60,511 bases of DNA, filler included, from a candidate division TA06 bacterium SM23_40 (GCA_001303705.1; 5 parts of 5 records of this genome joined end to end with filler, not necessarily neighbours in it), one strand, 5' to 3'. Counted from the first letter of the whole stretch, positions 41,359 through 51,501 are shown. Notes: a model not told the origin generated them from the letters alone. Numbers and translations: made by a program.

Positions 41359-42282
41359 TCAAAGAACCACTGCCCCGCGACACTCGGCGTCCTCCATTCC
41401 CTCCCACCAGAACCAGAATGGCTCGGGATCCTCCATGCCGATGCTCGCAACAAAAGGATTCCCCTGCCGATCTATGACATGGACGACCACCGGACCGAGA
41501 TAGCCTCCCCTGAGCGAACGCAGATCCTCGAGAGCTTCACGGCAGGCCTCCTCTGCTGAGGCTCCCCGCTTGAGATAAGCAGTGGCGGCGCGCGCCGTCC
41601 CCGCCCGTATCGTCATTTCGCCGATGTGGGTACAGGTGACAGCCCCATACCGGTTATCGACGTACAATCCAGCTCCAATGATGGGAGAATCGCCGAGGCG
41701 TCCCGGATGCCTGTACGCCCAGCCTGAAGTGCTTATGCCTCCACCCCAGTTCCCGTTCTTTGCGCGTATGAGAAGACAGGCCGTACCCTTTGCAGTCTCA
41801 GGATCGGCGGAGGGCCACAGCACGCGAGATAGCGGCACATGAGGCCACTCGGCAATATGGTCGGCCGACAGATGCTCACGAATCCAGCGTTCGTAATCCG
41901 CCCTCGCCTCATCAGAGAGAAGATCGCGCTTTTGCTCACCGATCTCGGCCGCAAACATCGCGGCGCCTTCGCCCACAAGCATCACGTGGGGCGTTCTCTC
42001 CATGACCTGACGGGCAACGGATATCGCATGGAGATAACCCCTCAGAGCTCCCACTGCCCCCGCGCGGAGTGTCGCACCGCACATGATCGATGCGGCACAC
42101 TCCACCTCCCCGAGCAGATTCGGAGCACCACCGTACCCAACGGAACGGACCGAAGGATCGCTCTCGACCACTCGAAGGGCAGCCTCAACGGCATCGAGGG
42201 CCGAGCGTCCGCTACGGACCGCATCTATGGCGGCCTGTACCCCGACCGCGCCCTCGACATTGGCTAGAATCAATGCACTCAT
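41359..42282 (-). CDS. Type-2 asparaginase/isoaspartyl peptidase (Ntn hydrolase)
   Basis: SVGYGGAPN, TPHVMLVGEGA, nucleophile KGT, STSG, HPGRLGDSPIIGAG. Confidence 0.9.
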   Translation of the reverse strand: MSALILANVEGAVGVQAAIDAVRSGRSALDAVEAALRVVESDPSVRSVGYGGAPNLLGEVECAASIMCGATLRAGAVGALRGYLHAISVARQVMERTPHVMLVGEGAAMFAAEIGEQKRDLLSDEARADYERWIREHLSADHIAEWPHVPLSRVLWPSADPETAKGTACLLIRAKNGNWGGGISTSGWAYRHPGRLGDSPIIGAGLYVDNRYGAVTCTHIGEMTIRAGTARAATAYLKRGASAEEACREALEDLRSLRGGYLGPVVVHVIDRQGNPFVASIGMEDPEPFWFWWEGMEDAECRGAVVL

Positions 42283-42430
42283 ATCCGAAACCACTCAGTG
42301 CGGGACGACTGCCTGAGCATCAGCCGCGAACTCGAGGCTGGCGTAACGGCGTCGCATTGCACCGGGGCGACAGCCAGGCTCGTCGGCCGCATGCGCCAGC
42401 TGGCCGCACTCTCGAGAGAAGCTCCCCTCG

Positions 42431-42907
42431 CTACGCCAATACACTCGAGATCCAGTCACCGAGAAAATGTGTGAAGGTGATTACGATTATGGCTATCAAC
42501 AAGTGTTCGCCAACAACCTTCCAGGGTCTGTCCCCTTGTGCCTGCGCCAATAGATAGCTGAGAAGGGTCAAGATCGAGAGTCCCCAGACAAGGCTGATCG
42601 CTATGGCCACTGTGAGCGGGAAGAAAATTACGGGAACCGCGAATGTCAGAGCAAAGAAGAACTTGGATAGAAACGTCGCGAGTGTCGAACCCCAGATCTG
42701 TGTGGTCGTGTGAACGCGCTCGGATTCTTCGGAGATATGGATTCCCAACGCATCTGAGAAGGCATCGGCAATCGCAATGGTCAAGATCCCGCCGATCACT
42801 ACCAGTCGAGAGTGCGTTCCGGAATGGAGGCCAACCATGAGCCCCAGAGTCGTTATCGCACCTGACGTGAGCCCGAATGTGATGCCCGTTCTCAATGAAT
42901 CTTTCAT
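42431..42907 (-). CDS. VIT1/CCC1-like membrane protein
   Basis: FGLTSGAITTLGL, ADAFSDALGIHISEE. Confidence 0.82.
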   Translation of the reverse strand: MKDSLRTGITFGLTSGAITTLGLMVGLHSGTHSRLVVIGGILTIAIADAFSDALGIHISEESERVHTTTQIWGSTLATFLSKFFFALTFAVPVIFFPLTVAIAISLVWGLSILTLLSYLLAQAQGDRPWKVVGEHLLIAIIVITFTHFLGDWISSVLA

Positions 42908-43505
42908 TCGAGGAATCCGGTTTTGAATGAACCACTCGACTGCGGTCTATCCGATCTTCCCATGACACCCCGATACATGTACGGACAAGACGAGTCCATC
43001 GGCCTCATGACGCACCCGCCTCTCCGGTTCAGAACATGTACATGGATCGCCGTCGCTTTCACCCTTCACGGCCGATGCAGCTCCTGAACGGCCCTGAGGG
43101 CATAGATGCTCACCGGCAGACGCATAGCGAAGGAACACCTGAACATATGGTATGGCGCGCGCCGGCCTTCATAGTCCGGGGCCACAGAGGAGCGTTCGCC
43201 CCGCCTGCTTTCCCTCCCACCATGCCTATCGCACCGCCGACTCAAGGCTGGAGATATCCAACCACCTCGCTTCCGCTGGGCTCGTTGTTTCAGACGGGAC
43301 AATCCTACAGCGAGCACGCACCCAGTGTCAACAAAAGACGCCGTCCCGTGAGAAGTACCACAGAGACGGCATGGGTGGTCGATCTCAATCGCGAGACGCC
43401 CCGGTCAGCTGGGAGCAGGCGGAGGTAAAGACGACCCGCACCAGCGGTTCAACCTCTCGGGCCGCTAGCTCCCCAGACCGTACAAAAGGTAAAACTTTCA
43501 GGGCG

Positions 43506-43916
43506 GTGTTTGAGCTGCGGAACACGAGGCAGAAACACGACCTGGAGGGCCGTGGATCCCCTAAATCTTATCGGAACCCCATCTTCCTGGCCTGGGAATG
43601 GCAACAGGCATTGGAGCATGGACATTCCCCTTCAAGGGCCGCTCTGGCCCGGAAACTGGACGTCTCACGAGCCAGGGTCACCCAAGTGCTACGCCTGTTG
43701 AGGCTCGATCAGGAGGTCATAGACGCCGTCGCCGCCCTTGGGGATCCCTTGTCTTCACGCATCGTGACCGAACGGCGACTCAGGCCGATTGTCGACCGCC
43801 AGCCGAAGGAGCAGAAAATGCAAATCGACGCGCTGCTGAGGACCCGCGCGCTTCCTTCAGGAGATTCAGGAGGAGGCCACGCGATCCGGCAAAAAAAGGT
43901 GAGCAAACAGGGTTAG
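43506..43916 (+). CDS. HTH protein of a type seen beside serine-recombinase elements (start uncertain)
   Basis: SRAALARKLDVSRARVTQVLRLLRL...VTERRLRP; opposite strand to neighbours. Confidence 0.55.
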   Translation: MFELRNTRQKHDLEGRGSPKSYRNPIFLAWEWQQALEHGHSPSRAALARKLDVSRARVTQVLRLLRLDQEVIDAVAALGDPLSSRIVTERRLRPIVDRQPKEQKMQIDALLRTRALPSGDSGGGHAIRQKKVSKQG

Positions 43917-44040
43917 CTTCACAGGATAGAGGAGACAGACTGGAGAGAGGGTGGAGCCGGAAGGAGGAGTCTCATCCAAAAGGGCACAATGTGTCTCATT
44001 ATCGCTGACGACGTACATCCGCTCTGAGGAGACGAGGTTA

Positions 44041-44778
44041 TCAGAGACTCATCCTGAATCCGACGACTCCATAATGAAGCCAAGCGAAGCTAAATACCTC
44101 GTCATTGTCGGCGCCGCCCTCCACCATCCGATAGCCCGCCCGTAGCTCGAGATTCTCGTGGAAGGCCCAGGTCGCTGCCAAAAGCACATCCTCAGCGCGC
44201 CCCTGCGGTGCGGCCAATGCGTCTATGTCGAGAACACCGCCAAACACTCCATTGCCAGGCCGCCAGGCCACGTGGGCATTCAGCAGCGGGACAAAGCCGG
44301 TGTTGGTTTTGCGTCTAGCTTCCACTCCATAGAGGCTGGTCTCCGCGTCGCGGATCTTTGCGGTGAATCCGACTGCGACATCCAGGCCATCGCGCCAGAA
44401 GATGCTGTAGCGGTAGGTGAGGCGATACGAGTCGAACCGATAGACGGCGAGCAGTGGGGTTCCTGCCGGATAGGTCGCCCCCAAGAACTCAACGTCCCGG
44501 CCCACGCTCCCCCGCGCATTGACCTGGAGCGGGGCGTAGAGCGCCGTTATCAGGTGTCGGTCCGCGATACGGTAGCCCAGCCGCAGCCGGAAGGCAGGCG
44601 CCGGCGATGTGGATAGATCGTCGACGAGTGAGAGCTTCGTGCCCGTGTCACCTGGGATGCGCGTGTCGTTGCGGCTCGCGACTACTACCGATGCCTCGAC
44701 CTCGGCCTCGACCCCGGCGGATGCATTGCTCGCCGAAAGGACGATGGTCATCACCACGCCCAGCGAAAGCGTCTTCAT
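44041..44778 (-). CDS. Putative outer-membrane beta-barrel protein
   Basis: Signal peptide (ASA), alternating beta-strands, YRFDSYRLTYRY, GYRMVEGGADNDEV. Confidence 0.7.
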   Translation of the reverse strand: MKTLSLGVVMTIVLSASNASAGVEAEVEASVVVASRNDTRIPGDTGTKLSLVDDLSTSPAPAFRLRLGYRIADRHLITALYAPLQVNARGSVGRDVEFLGATYPAGTPLLAVYRFDSYRLTYRYSIFWRDGLDVAVGFTAKIRDAETSLYGVEARRKTNTGFVPLLNAHVAWRPGNGVFGGVLDIDALAAPQGRAEDVLLAATWAFHENLELRAGYRMVEGGADNDEVFSFAWLHYGVVGFRMSL

Positions 44779-44926
44779 CAAATCTGCTGCCTCCCGTTGT
44801 CGGCTCTGTCACCCAAATCGACAGAGATTTCCAACACGTAATATACCGATAGCAGAGTCTCGATGTCAACGAAAACTCTGCCAGCGCAAAGAATGTTTCG
44901 ACACGAACCCTGTCCCCATCCCCGCC

Positions 44927-45026
44927 NNNNNNNNNNNNNNNNNNNNNNNNNNNNNNNNNNNNNNNNNNNNTTAATTAATTAANNNNNNNNNNNNNNNNNN
45001 NNNNNNNNNNNNNNNNNNNNNNNNNN
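44927..45026. other. Artificial contig linker
   Basis: N-run with TTAATTAATTAA. Confidence 0.97.
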
Positions 45027-45028
45027 AG

Positions 45029-45217
45029 GTGGGCGAAACCGACAAACGCGGGTGCGGTTGTTGCGGGGGTGGCATATTCGGCAGCATAGGAGCCGTTCTT
45101 GCCGCGCTGCTCAGTTGGCAGGTCAATCACAGTATCCTTCTGGCCCTCGTTCATGCGTTCTTGAGCTGGTTCTACGTGATTTACCACTGGCTCGCGTACG
45201 GCAGACTGTTCCCGTAG
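45029..45217 (+). CDS. Small membrane protein (62 aa) with Cys-rich N-terminus
   Basis: GCGCCGGG then two hydrophobic helices; RBS GGGGGAG visible in the overlapping copy on contig 3. Confidence 0.7.
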   Translation: MGETDKRGCGCCGGGIFGSIGAVLAALLSWQVNHSILLALVHAFLSWFYVIYHWLAYGRLFP

Positions 45218-45346
45218 AAGGAGCGGCCTGAGCGATCTGTCGGGCACTGGAGCGGTTTCTCGAAATGCCGTTGCCGGAGGCATCGCGGCGCCGTTGAGCT
45301 GCCGGGGGCTGAGCTGTTCACGATCTAGCGAATGGGGATGGAAACG

Positions 45347-46108
45347 ATGAAGGATTTTTCGGGCAAGCGTGTTCTCGTCACAGGTGGTTCGCGCGGGATC
45401 GGCCGCGCTATTAGTGAAGCGTTTGCCCGCGAGGGTGCGCGCGTTGCCATATGCTACAAGACGGACGAAGCGGCAGCGCAGAACACGCTGAGTTCTCTGC
45501 CGGGGGGGCGGCATGTAGCCATTCAGGCAGATATCGCTCAACCTAAGTCGGCCCGGTCTCTCGTCGAGAAGGCGGTGGGAGAACTGGGTCATCTCGATAT
45601 CGTGGTGAACAACGCAGGAATCGGCATGATCCATCGGATAGATGAAGTGAGTTTCGAGGAATGGGAGTATGCATGGGATGAGATTCTGGCGGTGAATCTG
45701 TTGGGGCCGGCCAATGTCACCTACTTCGCCGTCCAGCACATGATAGAGAGGGGCGGCGGAAGAATCGTCAACGTCTCCTCGAGAGGGGCGTTCCGCGGAG
45801 AGCCGGACAAGCCAGCATACGGTGCCTCGAAGGCCGGACTGAATGCAATGAGCCAATCACTGGCGCAGCGGTTGGCGAGGTTCAACATCTTCGTCGGGGT
45901 TGTCGCGCCGGGATTCGTACAGACCGATCTGTCTGCCCCGCTTCTGACCGGCCCGGAGGGCGACGAGATCAGGAGGCAGAGTCCGCTGGGGCGGGTGGCG
46001 AGGCCGGAGGAGGTGGCTACTGCGGTTCTCTTTCTCTGTGCTGAGGGGACTGAGTATATGACAGGGGCGATCATCGATGTGAATGGAGCGTCATATTTGC
46101 GTTCCTAG
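45347..46108 (+). CDS. SDR family oxidoreductase (FabG-like)
   Basis: TGGSRGIG, VNNAG, YGASK, APGFV, IDVNG. Confidence 0.93.
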   Translation: MKDFSGKRVLVTGGSRGIGRAISEAFAREGARVAICYKTDEAAAQNTLSSLPGGRHVAIQADIAQPKSARSLVEKAVGELGHLDIVVNNAGIGMIHRIDEVSFEEWEYAWDEILAVNLLGPANVTYFAVQHMIERGGGRIVNVSSRGAFRGEPDKPAYGASKAGLNAMSQSLAQRLARFNIFVGVVAPGFVQTDLSAPLLTGPEGDEIRRQSPLGRVARPEEVATAVLFLCAEGTEYMTGAIIDVNGASYLRS

Positions 46109-46313
46109 TTGGAGCGCGAAGGGGCGGGGTTGGCACGGCGGCCAAGCGGCGCCGAGTTTCGGGCGGGCAGATTGAACGGGTGGCGAGAGCTGGTTCGGGG
46201 TTTGCTAGCGGCGGTGTTAGCGGCGACGTCGGGTGATTGTGGATCTGTCGAATGGCGTGAGTGCGTGGATTGATGGAGTTATGTGTTGCTGAATTCTGAG
46301 TTGCTGATTGATC

Positions 46314-46921
46314 GGGGGTGGAGGGGGCGGCGGATGGGGCTCCTTCGGAGTTCGCTAGCGGCATTTCGTGATGTTCAGGTCGCTTTGTTATCGATCTTTT
46401 GTGATATGCTCAGTTTGTTGGGTGAGGGCGGAGGACGCGGGGCGTTCGCTTCGCGTCCGCCCAGCGGCGGCTGTTGGCAGGATTGCGATTCGCTTGTGCA
46501 CTGATGTGGCGTTGATAGTTTGTGAGCTGAGGGCGCGGCCGCGGAGCTCACTCCTCACGAGCCCCCTCCGCCGCCTTTGGTGAAGTTGGTCGAACGAGGG
46601 GCACGGCTTCGCGTGGGCTCGGGGGCAAGAGTTGGCTAGTTCGTGATCGCCTGAAGGATGGGGGTGGAGGGGGCGGCGGATGGGGCTCCTTCGGAGTTCG
46701 CTAGCGGCATTTCGTGATGTGCAGGTCGCTTTGTTATCGATCTTTTGTGATATGCTCAGTTTGTTGGGTGAGGGCGGAGGACGCGGGGCGTTCGCTTCGC
46801 GTCCGCCCAGCGGCGGTTGTTGATCGATCTGTGGTCTGCTGGTGGACTGATGTGCTGTTGATAGCTTGTGAGCTGAGGGCGCGGCCGCGGAGCTCACTCC
46901 TCATGAGCCCCCTGCGCCGCC
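46314..46921. repeat. Two ~262-bp copies (46314-46575, 46660-46921) of a non-coding element with imperfect terminal inverted repeats
   Basis: Copies offset by 346 bp; left GGCGGCGGATGGGGCTC pairs with right GAGCCCCCTCCGCCGCC; internal hairpin GGACGCGGGGCG-TT-CGCTTCGCGTCC. Confidence 0.9.
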
Positions 46922-46980
46922 CCTCGGGATGTCTGTCGGATGAGTTCGGCACTTAGCGTGACGGAAGGTATGATCCTGAA

Positions 46981-47571
46981 ATGCTACAGACAATACCTCC
47001 GAAGATCCGAGACCGCATGGAGTATCTCGAGCGCATCGACGAACGCGATCGGATCGATGGCACTCCCCACATGAGGCGTCTTCGTCAAATCACTCCAGAG
47101 GTGGGGAAGTTCCTGGCATTGCTTGCCGCAAGCGCTCCTTCGGGCGAGTACATCGAGATCGGTACGAGCGCTGGTTACTCTACGCTCTGGCTCGCCGTGG
47201 CCTGCAGGGAGGTCGGGAGAAGGATAACTACGTTCGAAGTGTTGGAGGAGAAGGCGCGGATCGCCCGTGAGACGTTCAGTGAGGCGGATGTCTGGGATGT
47301 CGTTGAACTGGTTGTGGGTGATGCCCGTCAATGCTTGCGCAACTATGATGAAATAAGCTTCTGCTTTCTCGACGCGGAGAAGGACCACTACATCGACTGC
47401 TATAATGCGGTAGTCCCGAAGCTCGTGACGGGCGGACTTCTCGTGGCCGATAACGCGATAAGTCATCGGTCTGTTCTCGAGAGGTTCTTGGACAGGGCTC
47501 TCGGCGATACGAGCGTGGATGCGGTAATCGTCCCTATTGGGCGAGGCGAGCTGGTCTGTAGAAAGTGCTAG
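46981..47571 (+). CDS. Class I SAM-dependent O-methyltransferase
   Basis: [23 protein letters not shown]. Confidence 0.9.
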   Translation: MLQTIPPKIRDRMEYLERIDERDRIDGTPHMRRLRQITPEVGKFLALLAASAPSGEYIEIGTSAGYSTLWLAVACREVGRRITTFEVLEEKARIARETFSEADVWDVVELVVGDARQCLRNYDEISFCFLDAEKDHYIDCYNAVVPKLVTGGLLVADNAISHRSVLERFLDRALGDTSVDAVIVPIGRGELVCRKC

Positions 47572-47647
47572 TATTTGAGGGTGGAGGAGGCCCGCCGTGG
47601 CCGGTGCCCAATCGGCCAGGCTGTCACAACAGAGAAGAGGGAGAGAG

Positions 47648-48289
47648 ATGAATCGCCATGGCGCGATCCTTGTCGTCGTGTTGCTGGTGTCGATTCTGGC
47701 GGTGGGATGTGAGGACGAGCCGACCTCCATCTCGGATCAACAGTACTCGGAGGTCGTGGAAGGTGATTTTGCCGTGGGGGATTCCAGCACTCTTACGGTT
47801 GAGAACTTCGTTGGCAGTGTGGACGTGCGTCCCGGTGATGTTGGTATCATCCGAGTGGTCGCTACGAGGTGGGCCGAGCGGGAGGCCGACCTGGCGGAGA
47901 TCGAGGTCGAGATGATTGCTGTGCCTGGTGGTGTGCGCATCGTGACTGAAAATCCCCTGGAACTCGATGATGTTTCGGTCGATCTCGAAATAACGACGCC
48001 GTCAGATACGCGGCCGACACTTCAGAACGGCGTGGGGAGCACGAACTACGTGGGCCGAGCCGAGGGCGCGTGCTATTTCCAGACGGGAGTGGGCAGCATT
48101 ACGCTCCAGCTGTCTGCCGACGTCAACGTCGCAGTGCAGCTGGCCGTCGGTGTTGGCTCCATTAATGTGGCATTTCCTGTGGTGGGAGAGGTGAGTGAAC
48201 AGCTTGTCAGTGGGATCATCGGAACCGGCCTGGACGGGCAAATCTACGCCCAAGTAGGGGTGGGCACTATGAGGCTGGTCCCACAATAG
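47648..48289 (+). CDS. DUF4097-like lipoprotein
   Basis: Lipobox LAVGC; repeated NGVGS/TGVGSI/VGVGSI. Confidence 0.75.
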   Translation: MNRHGAILVVVLLVSILAVGCEDEPTSISDQQYSEVVEGDFAVGDSSTLTVENFVGSVDVRPGDVGIIRVVATRWAEREADLAEIEVEMIAVPGGVRIVTENPLELDDVSVDLEITTPSDTRPTLQNGVGSTNYVGRAEGACYFQTGVGSITLQLSADVNVAVQLAVGVGSINVAFPVVGEVSEQLVSGIIGTGLDGQIYAQVGVGTMRLVPQ

Positions 48290-48365
48290 CGTCAAGGTAC
48301 CGGCAGGCGGTGATCCCGCCACGGTGACGAGTGCTCGGTCACCCTATCCGGGTCAGCAGACGAAC

Positions 48366-48446
48366 GCCCAACCGGTCGATGCGCTCACGTTTCGGAGCGC
48401 TTTCCGGCCCGGAGGCGATGCTGGCCGGTGAACTTCACCGGTAGGA
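48366..48446 (+). mobile_element. Degenerate attC-like site
   Basis: GCCCAAC-5 nt-GATGCGCT ... GGTGAAC-6 nt-GGTAGGA. Confidence 0.4.
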
Positions 48447-48462
48447 TGGTGAGGAGTATCGG

Positions 48463-48792
48463 ATGGGGAAATCGCCCATTTCTCATACACATGAGCCCGG
48501 GTCCAGTGTGACGGTAAATGAAGAGCGGTGGATATGCGTCTCGGATTTTGCGGATTCCGGGCCTGATGATCGCCACTACACTATCGATAGAGCGACCGGC
48601 GAGATCAGGTTTGGAGACGGGATTCGTGGAAAGATACCTCCCGATGGCTCGGAAATCGAGGCGACATACTGGTGCGGCAGCGGAGCCTCTGGAGACGTGG
48701 ATTCTGGTCCATCTATCGCTTTCAGGTGGGCTCCTCTGGACCTCCGCAGGCAGAGGGTCCTCTGGGCAGGCGATTGGGAAGTCGACTGGTGA
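48463..48792 (+). CDS. Small protein resembling one domain of phage/eCIS baseplate assembly proteins
   Basis: SGPDDRHYTID...GEIRFGDGIRGKIPPDG...IEATY..GSG..GDV; RBS GAGGAG. Confidence 0.6.
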   Translation: MGKSPISHTHEPGSSVTVNEERWICVSDFADSGPDDRHYTIDRATGEIRFGDGIRGKIPPDGSEIEATYWCGSGASGDVDSGPSIAFRWAPLDLRRQRVLWAGDWEVDW

Positions 48793-48922
48793 GAGTCGCC
48801 AGCCTGTGGTTACTGCGTCTTATATTCCGCATCAGCCCGTCTCGCCCGTGCTCGGCTGGCCAAGATCATTAGAAGGATCATTGCGTGCCGGATAGATCCC
48901 CTGGTTCACGGGGGAATAGTAG

Positions 48923-49474
48923 ATGACTCTACCGATCGAGACCGAACGCCTGCTGCTTCGACGATATCGTATCGAAGATGTGCCTTCCATCGTCCGCTAT
49001 TCATCTCATCCCTCGATCGCTCGCCTCATCGACTGGGCCTCGCCTGAGGGAGAGATCACCGAGCAGTCTGTCGCGCGGTTCATCGAGGCTCAAAACAGAA
49101 TCAATCCGGGGGACCCGAGCTGGATGGATCTTGCCATTGCCCTCAGGTCTGATGACCAGGTCATCGGCGCAATAGGCATCATCTGTCGAGCTCACCGTCA
49201 GGGTCAGACGGGCTGGGCACTCGCTGTACAGCACCGCGGCCGGGGTCTGGCGACGGAAGCCGCCGCTGCGATGCTCGATTACGGATTCCTTACGCTTGAT
49301 CTTCACCGCATATATGCGGTAACCACAACGTGGAATATGCCTTCCTGGAAGCTCATGGAGCGCTTGGGCATGCGGCGCGAGGCCCACTTTCGCGAGAGTG
49401 AGATGGCCGACGGAGAGTGGCGGGACGGATTGATCTATGCCATCCTGAAATCCGAATGGCTTGAGCGGAGATAG
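48923..49474 (+). CDS. RimJ/RimL-type GNAT acetyltransferase
   Basis: IETERLLLR, GRGLATEA, LHRIYA, ERLGMRRE, YAILKSEW. Confidence 0.92.
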   Translation: MTLPIETERLLLRRYRIEDVPSIVRYSSHPSIARLIDWASPEGEITEQSVARFIEAQNRINPGDPSWMDLAIALRSDDQVIGAIGIICRAHRQGQTGWALAVQHRGRGLATEAAAAMLDYGFLTLDLHRIYAVTTTWNMPSWKLMERLGMRREAHFRESEMADGEWRDGLIYAILKSEWLERR

Positions 49475-49598
49475 CCCCGGGATCAGTGCGGATTAGCGGT
49501 GCAGGGCCTTGTGGTGGGGCGGCCAATCGTACGACGGGGCAGGTGGACGCTGGCCCACCTGGGAGTCAGCGCTGCGGTGGCCGAAAAGGAGAGAGTTG

Positions 49599-49970
49599 AT
49601 GGGCAACGCAGTGAACATCGAAAAGTGCTTCGGTAGGTTTACCGACACCTATTCGCCGAAGATCGTGGGAGAGCTGAACGGTCAGCATGTCAAGCTCGCA
49701 CGGGTGGAGGGGGATAAGTGCCCCTGGCACACACACGATAACGAGGACGAGATGTTCTTCGTGGTCGATGGAGTGCTCGATATCGAGGAAAGAGACGGGG
49801 TCGTACCGGTGCATCCCGGGGAGTTCTACATCGTTCCACGGGGCCGGGAGCATCGTGTGGTCCCCCATGGGCATGTCAAGCTGATCCTGTTTGAACCAGA
49901 AGGTATTGCGCACACCGGGAACGTGCGGGCCGAGATCACCAGAGATCACTATGATCGACTCGAGGCCTGA
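49599..49970 (+). CDS. Cupin domain protein
   Basis: WHTHDNEDEMF, GEFYIVPRGREH, HTGNV. Confidence 0.9.
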   Translation: MGNAVNIEKCFGRFTDTYSPKIVGELNGQHVKLARVEGDKCPWHTHDNEDEMFFVVDGVLDIEERDGVVPVHPGEFYIVPRGREHRVVPHGHVKLILFEPEGIAHTGNVRAEITRDHYDRLEA

Positions 49971-49979
49971 AAAAACCGG

Positions 49980-50453
49980 GTGACCAGGGACCTATCGATG
50001 GAAGGCAGTAAGATTACTGTGATGGTAATAGGGACTGAGCCAGTCTGTCCACGATGCGATCTGGTCGCACGTCTTGTCCAGGAGATCGCGAGGGAATCGA
50101 ACGTCCAGGTCGACCTGCGGCACTTCGCATTCGACTCAGTGGACGCTCAGGCGCTCGGACGGCGACTGGGGCGAAACGTGGGGACCGCCAAGCACGTCGC
50201 GAAGGCTGCAGCCATCCCGGTCGACTGGGAAGCCGTTCACCGCCTGATTGATCGCAGGAAAGAAGTACTGGGGCCGGACGCGAGACCCGCGGACACATGG
50301 GCCCCGGAACTGGACCGGATGCTCGAGCCCTGCCGGCAGGCAGCTGAGTCCGTCGGATATCTCATGACTCCGGTCCTGGTAGTGAACGGTGTCGTCACGC
50401 ACCATGGGAGCGTGCCCACGAGAGAGGAGATTCGCTCCTGGATCCTCGAGTGA
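49980..50453 (+). CDS. Thioredoxin_3-like redox protein with internal insertion
   Basis: CPRC near the N-terminus; MTPVLVVNG...GSVP at the C-terminus. Confidence 0.75.
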   Translation: MTRDLSMEGSKITVMVIGTEPVCPRCDLVARLVQEIARESNVQVDLRHFAFDSVDAQALGRRLGRNVGTAKHVAKAAAIPVDWEAVHRLIDRRKEVLGPDARPADTWAPELDRMLEPCRQAAESVGYLMTPVLVVNGVVTHHGSVPTREEIRSWILE

Positions 50454-50541
50454 CGGCCGAGCCTGTCAGCGCCTCCGACGCGGCACTTGCCATCGCTTGG
50501 AGGCGAACGTTCGCTGCAAGATCGATCACGGGGAAGGCCAG

Positions 50542-50949
50542 ATGCCAGAGCGAAATAGACCCCTTGTCTTTGTCTCAGGTCCGTATTCTGCTCCCAGCGA
50601 GCCGGAAGAACAAGTCAACATCCGGAGGGCCGTTGATGTGGGTAGAGCCGTTTTTCAAAAGGGCTACTACCCCATCGTGCCGCATCTCCTCGTCCGCGAA
50701 TACTACATCCATGGCGATAGCGGCCTGTTTGGGTATGAGTCACTCATGCAGTACACCCTGGCGATCCTGGCGAGGTGCGACGCGGTGCTTCTGTACGGTC
50801 ACTCGCCGGGAGCCGACCGTGAATGCAGGGCGGCGGAGGAGCTTGGAAAGCCCGCCTATTTCGATATCGATCAGCTACCGGATCTTAGCGATCAAGAAGG
50901 ACCGGGGGCTGACAGTGGTACAGAGGGGCGTGCTGGAGGCAGCAACTAA
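50542..50949 (+). CDS. DUF4406/nucleoside 2-deoxyribosyltransferase-like protein
   Basis: VFVSGPY, PIVPH, LARCDAV, SPGADRE. Confidence 0.7.
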   Translation: MPERNRPLVFVSGPYSAPSEPEEQVNIRRAVDVGRAVFQKGYYPIVPHLLVREYYIHGDSGLFGYESLMQYTLAILARCDAVLLYGHSPGADRECRAAEELGKPAYFDIDQLPDLSDQEGPGADSGTEGRAGGSN

Positions 50950-50976
50950 CGCACGCCGCGTGGTGGCCTGAACGGT

Positions 50977-51501
50977 ATGCGGAGGATCACCGGGGTGGGA
51001 AGAGCGCCCGACGTGTCGGTGAGGCTGGCTGCGATCGAGGACATCGAATCACTCTGCTCGCTGTACGCGGAGTTCCGGGAGTTCCACGTGCGGGCGCTTC
51101 CAGAGCGCCTGGCGGACGCGTCCGGTTCGGGGGTGGACGAAAAGCCATGGCTGTCGGCTCGCCTGCGAGAGATCGTCCTTGCCGGCGACTCTGCGATCTT
51201 TGTGGCAGAGGCAGCTGGTCGGGCGATCGGGCTGGCCGAGGTTTACTTGAGGAGAGATGAGCCCGATCGTGGCATCGTACCTCGGCGGTTCGCCCACCTG
51301 CAGAGCATGGTGGTGAGAGAGGAGCAGCGCCGTGCGGGCGTCGGAACCCTGCTCTTACAGGCAGCTGAAGAGTGGGCTCGCGCCGGGGGAGCCTCGGAGA
51401 TGCGGCTCGATGTCTGGGAGTTCCCGGGAGGGCCGCTCGGGTTCTACGAGCGTTCCGGTTATAGGACGCTCCGCCATACACTGGTGCGAGAGCTGGAATG
51501 A
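50977..51501 (+). CDS. GNAT N-acetyltransferase
   Basis: RRAGVGTLL, LDVWEF, FYERSGY. Confidence 0.88.
   Translation: MRRITGVGRAPDVSVRLAAIEDIESLCSLYAEFREFHVRALPERLADASGSGVDEKPWLSARLREIVLAGDSAIFVAEAAGRAIGLAEVYLRRDEPDRGIVPRRFAHLQSMVVREEQRRAGVGTLLLQAAEEWARAGGASEMRLDVWEFPGGPLGFYERSGYRTLRHTLVRELE

Noticed and set aside
42974-43044. ACATGTAC palindromic words repeated upstream of the VIT-like gene
   Set aside because: Too short to distinguish from chance without comparative data
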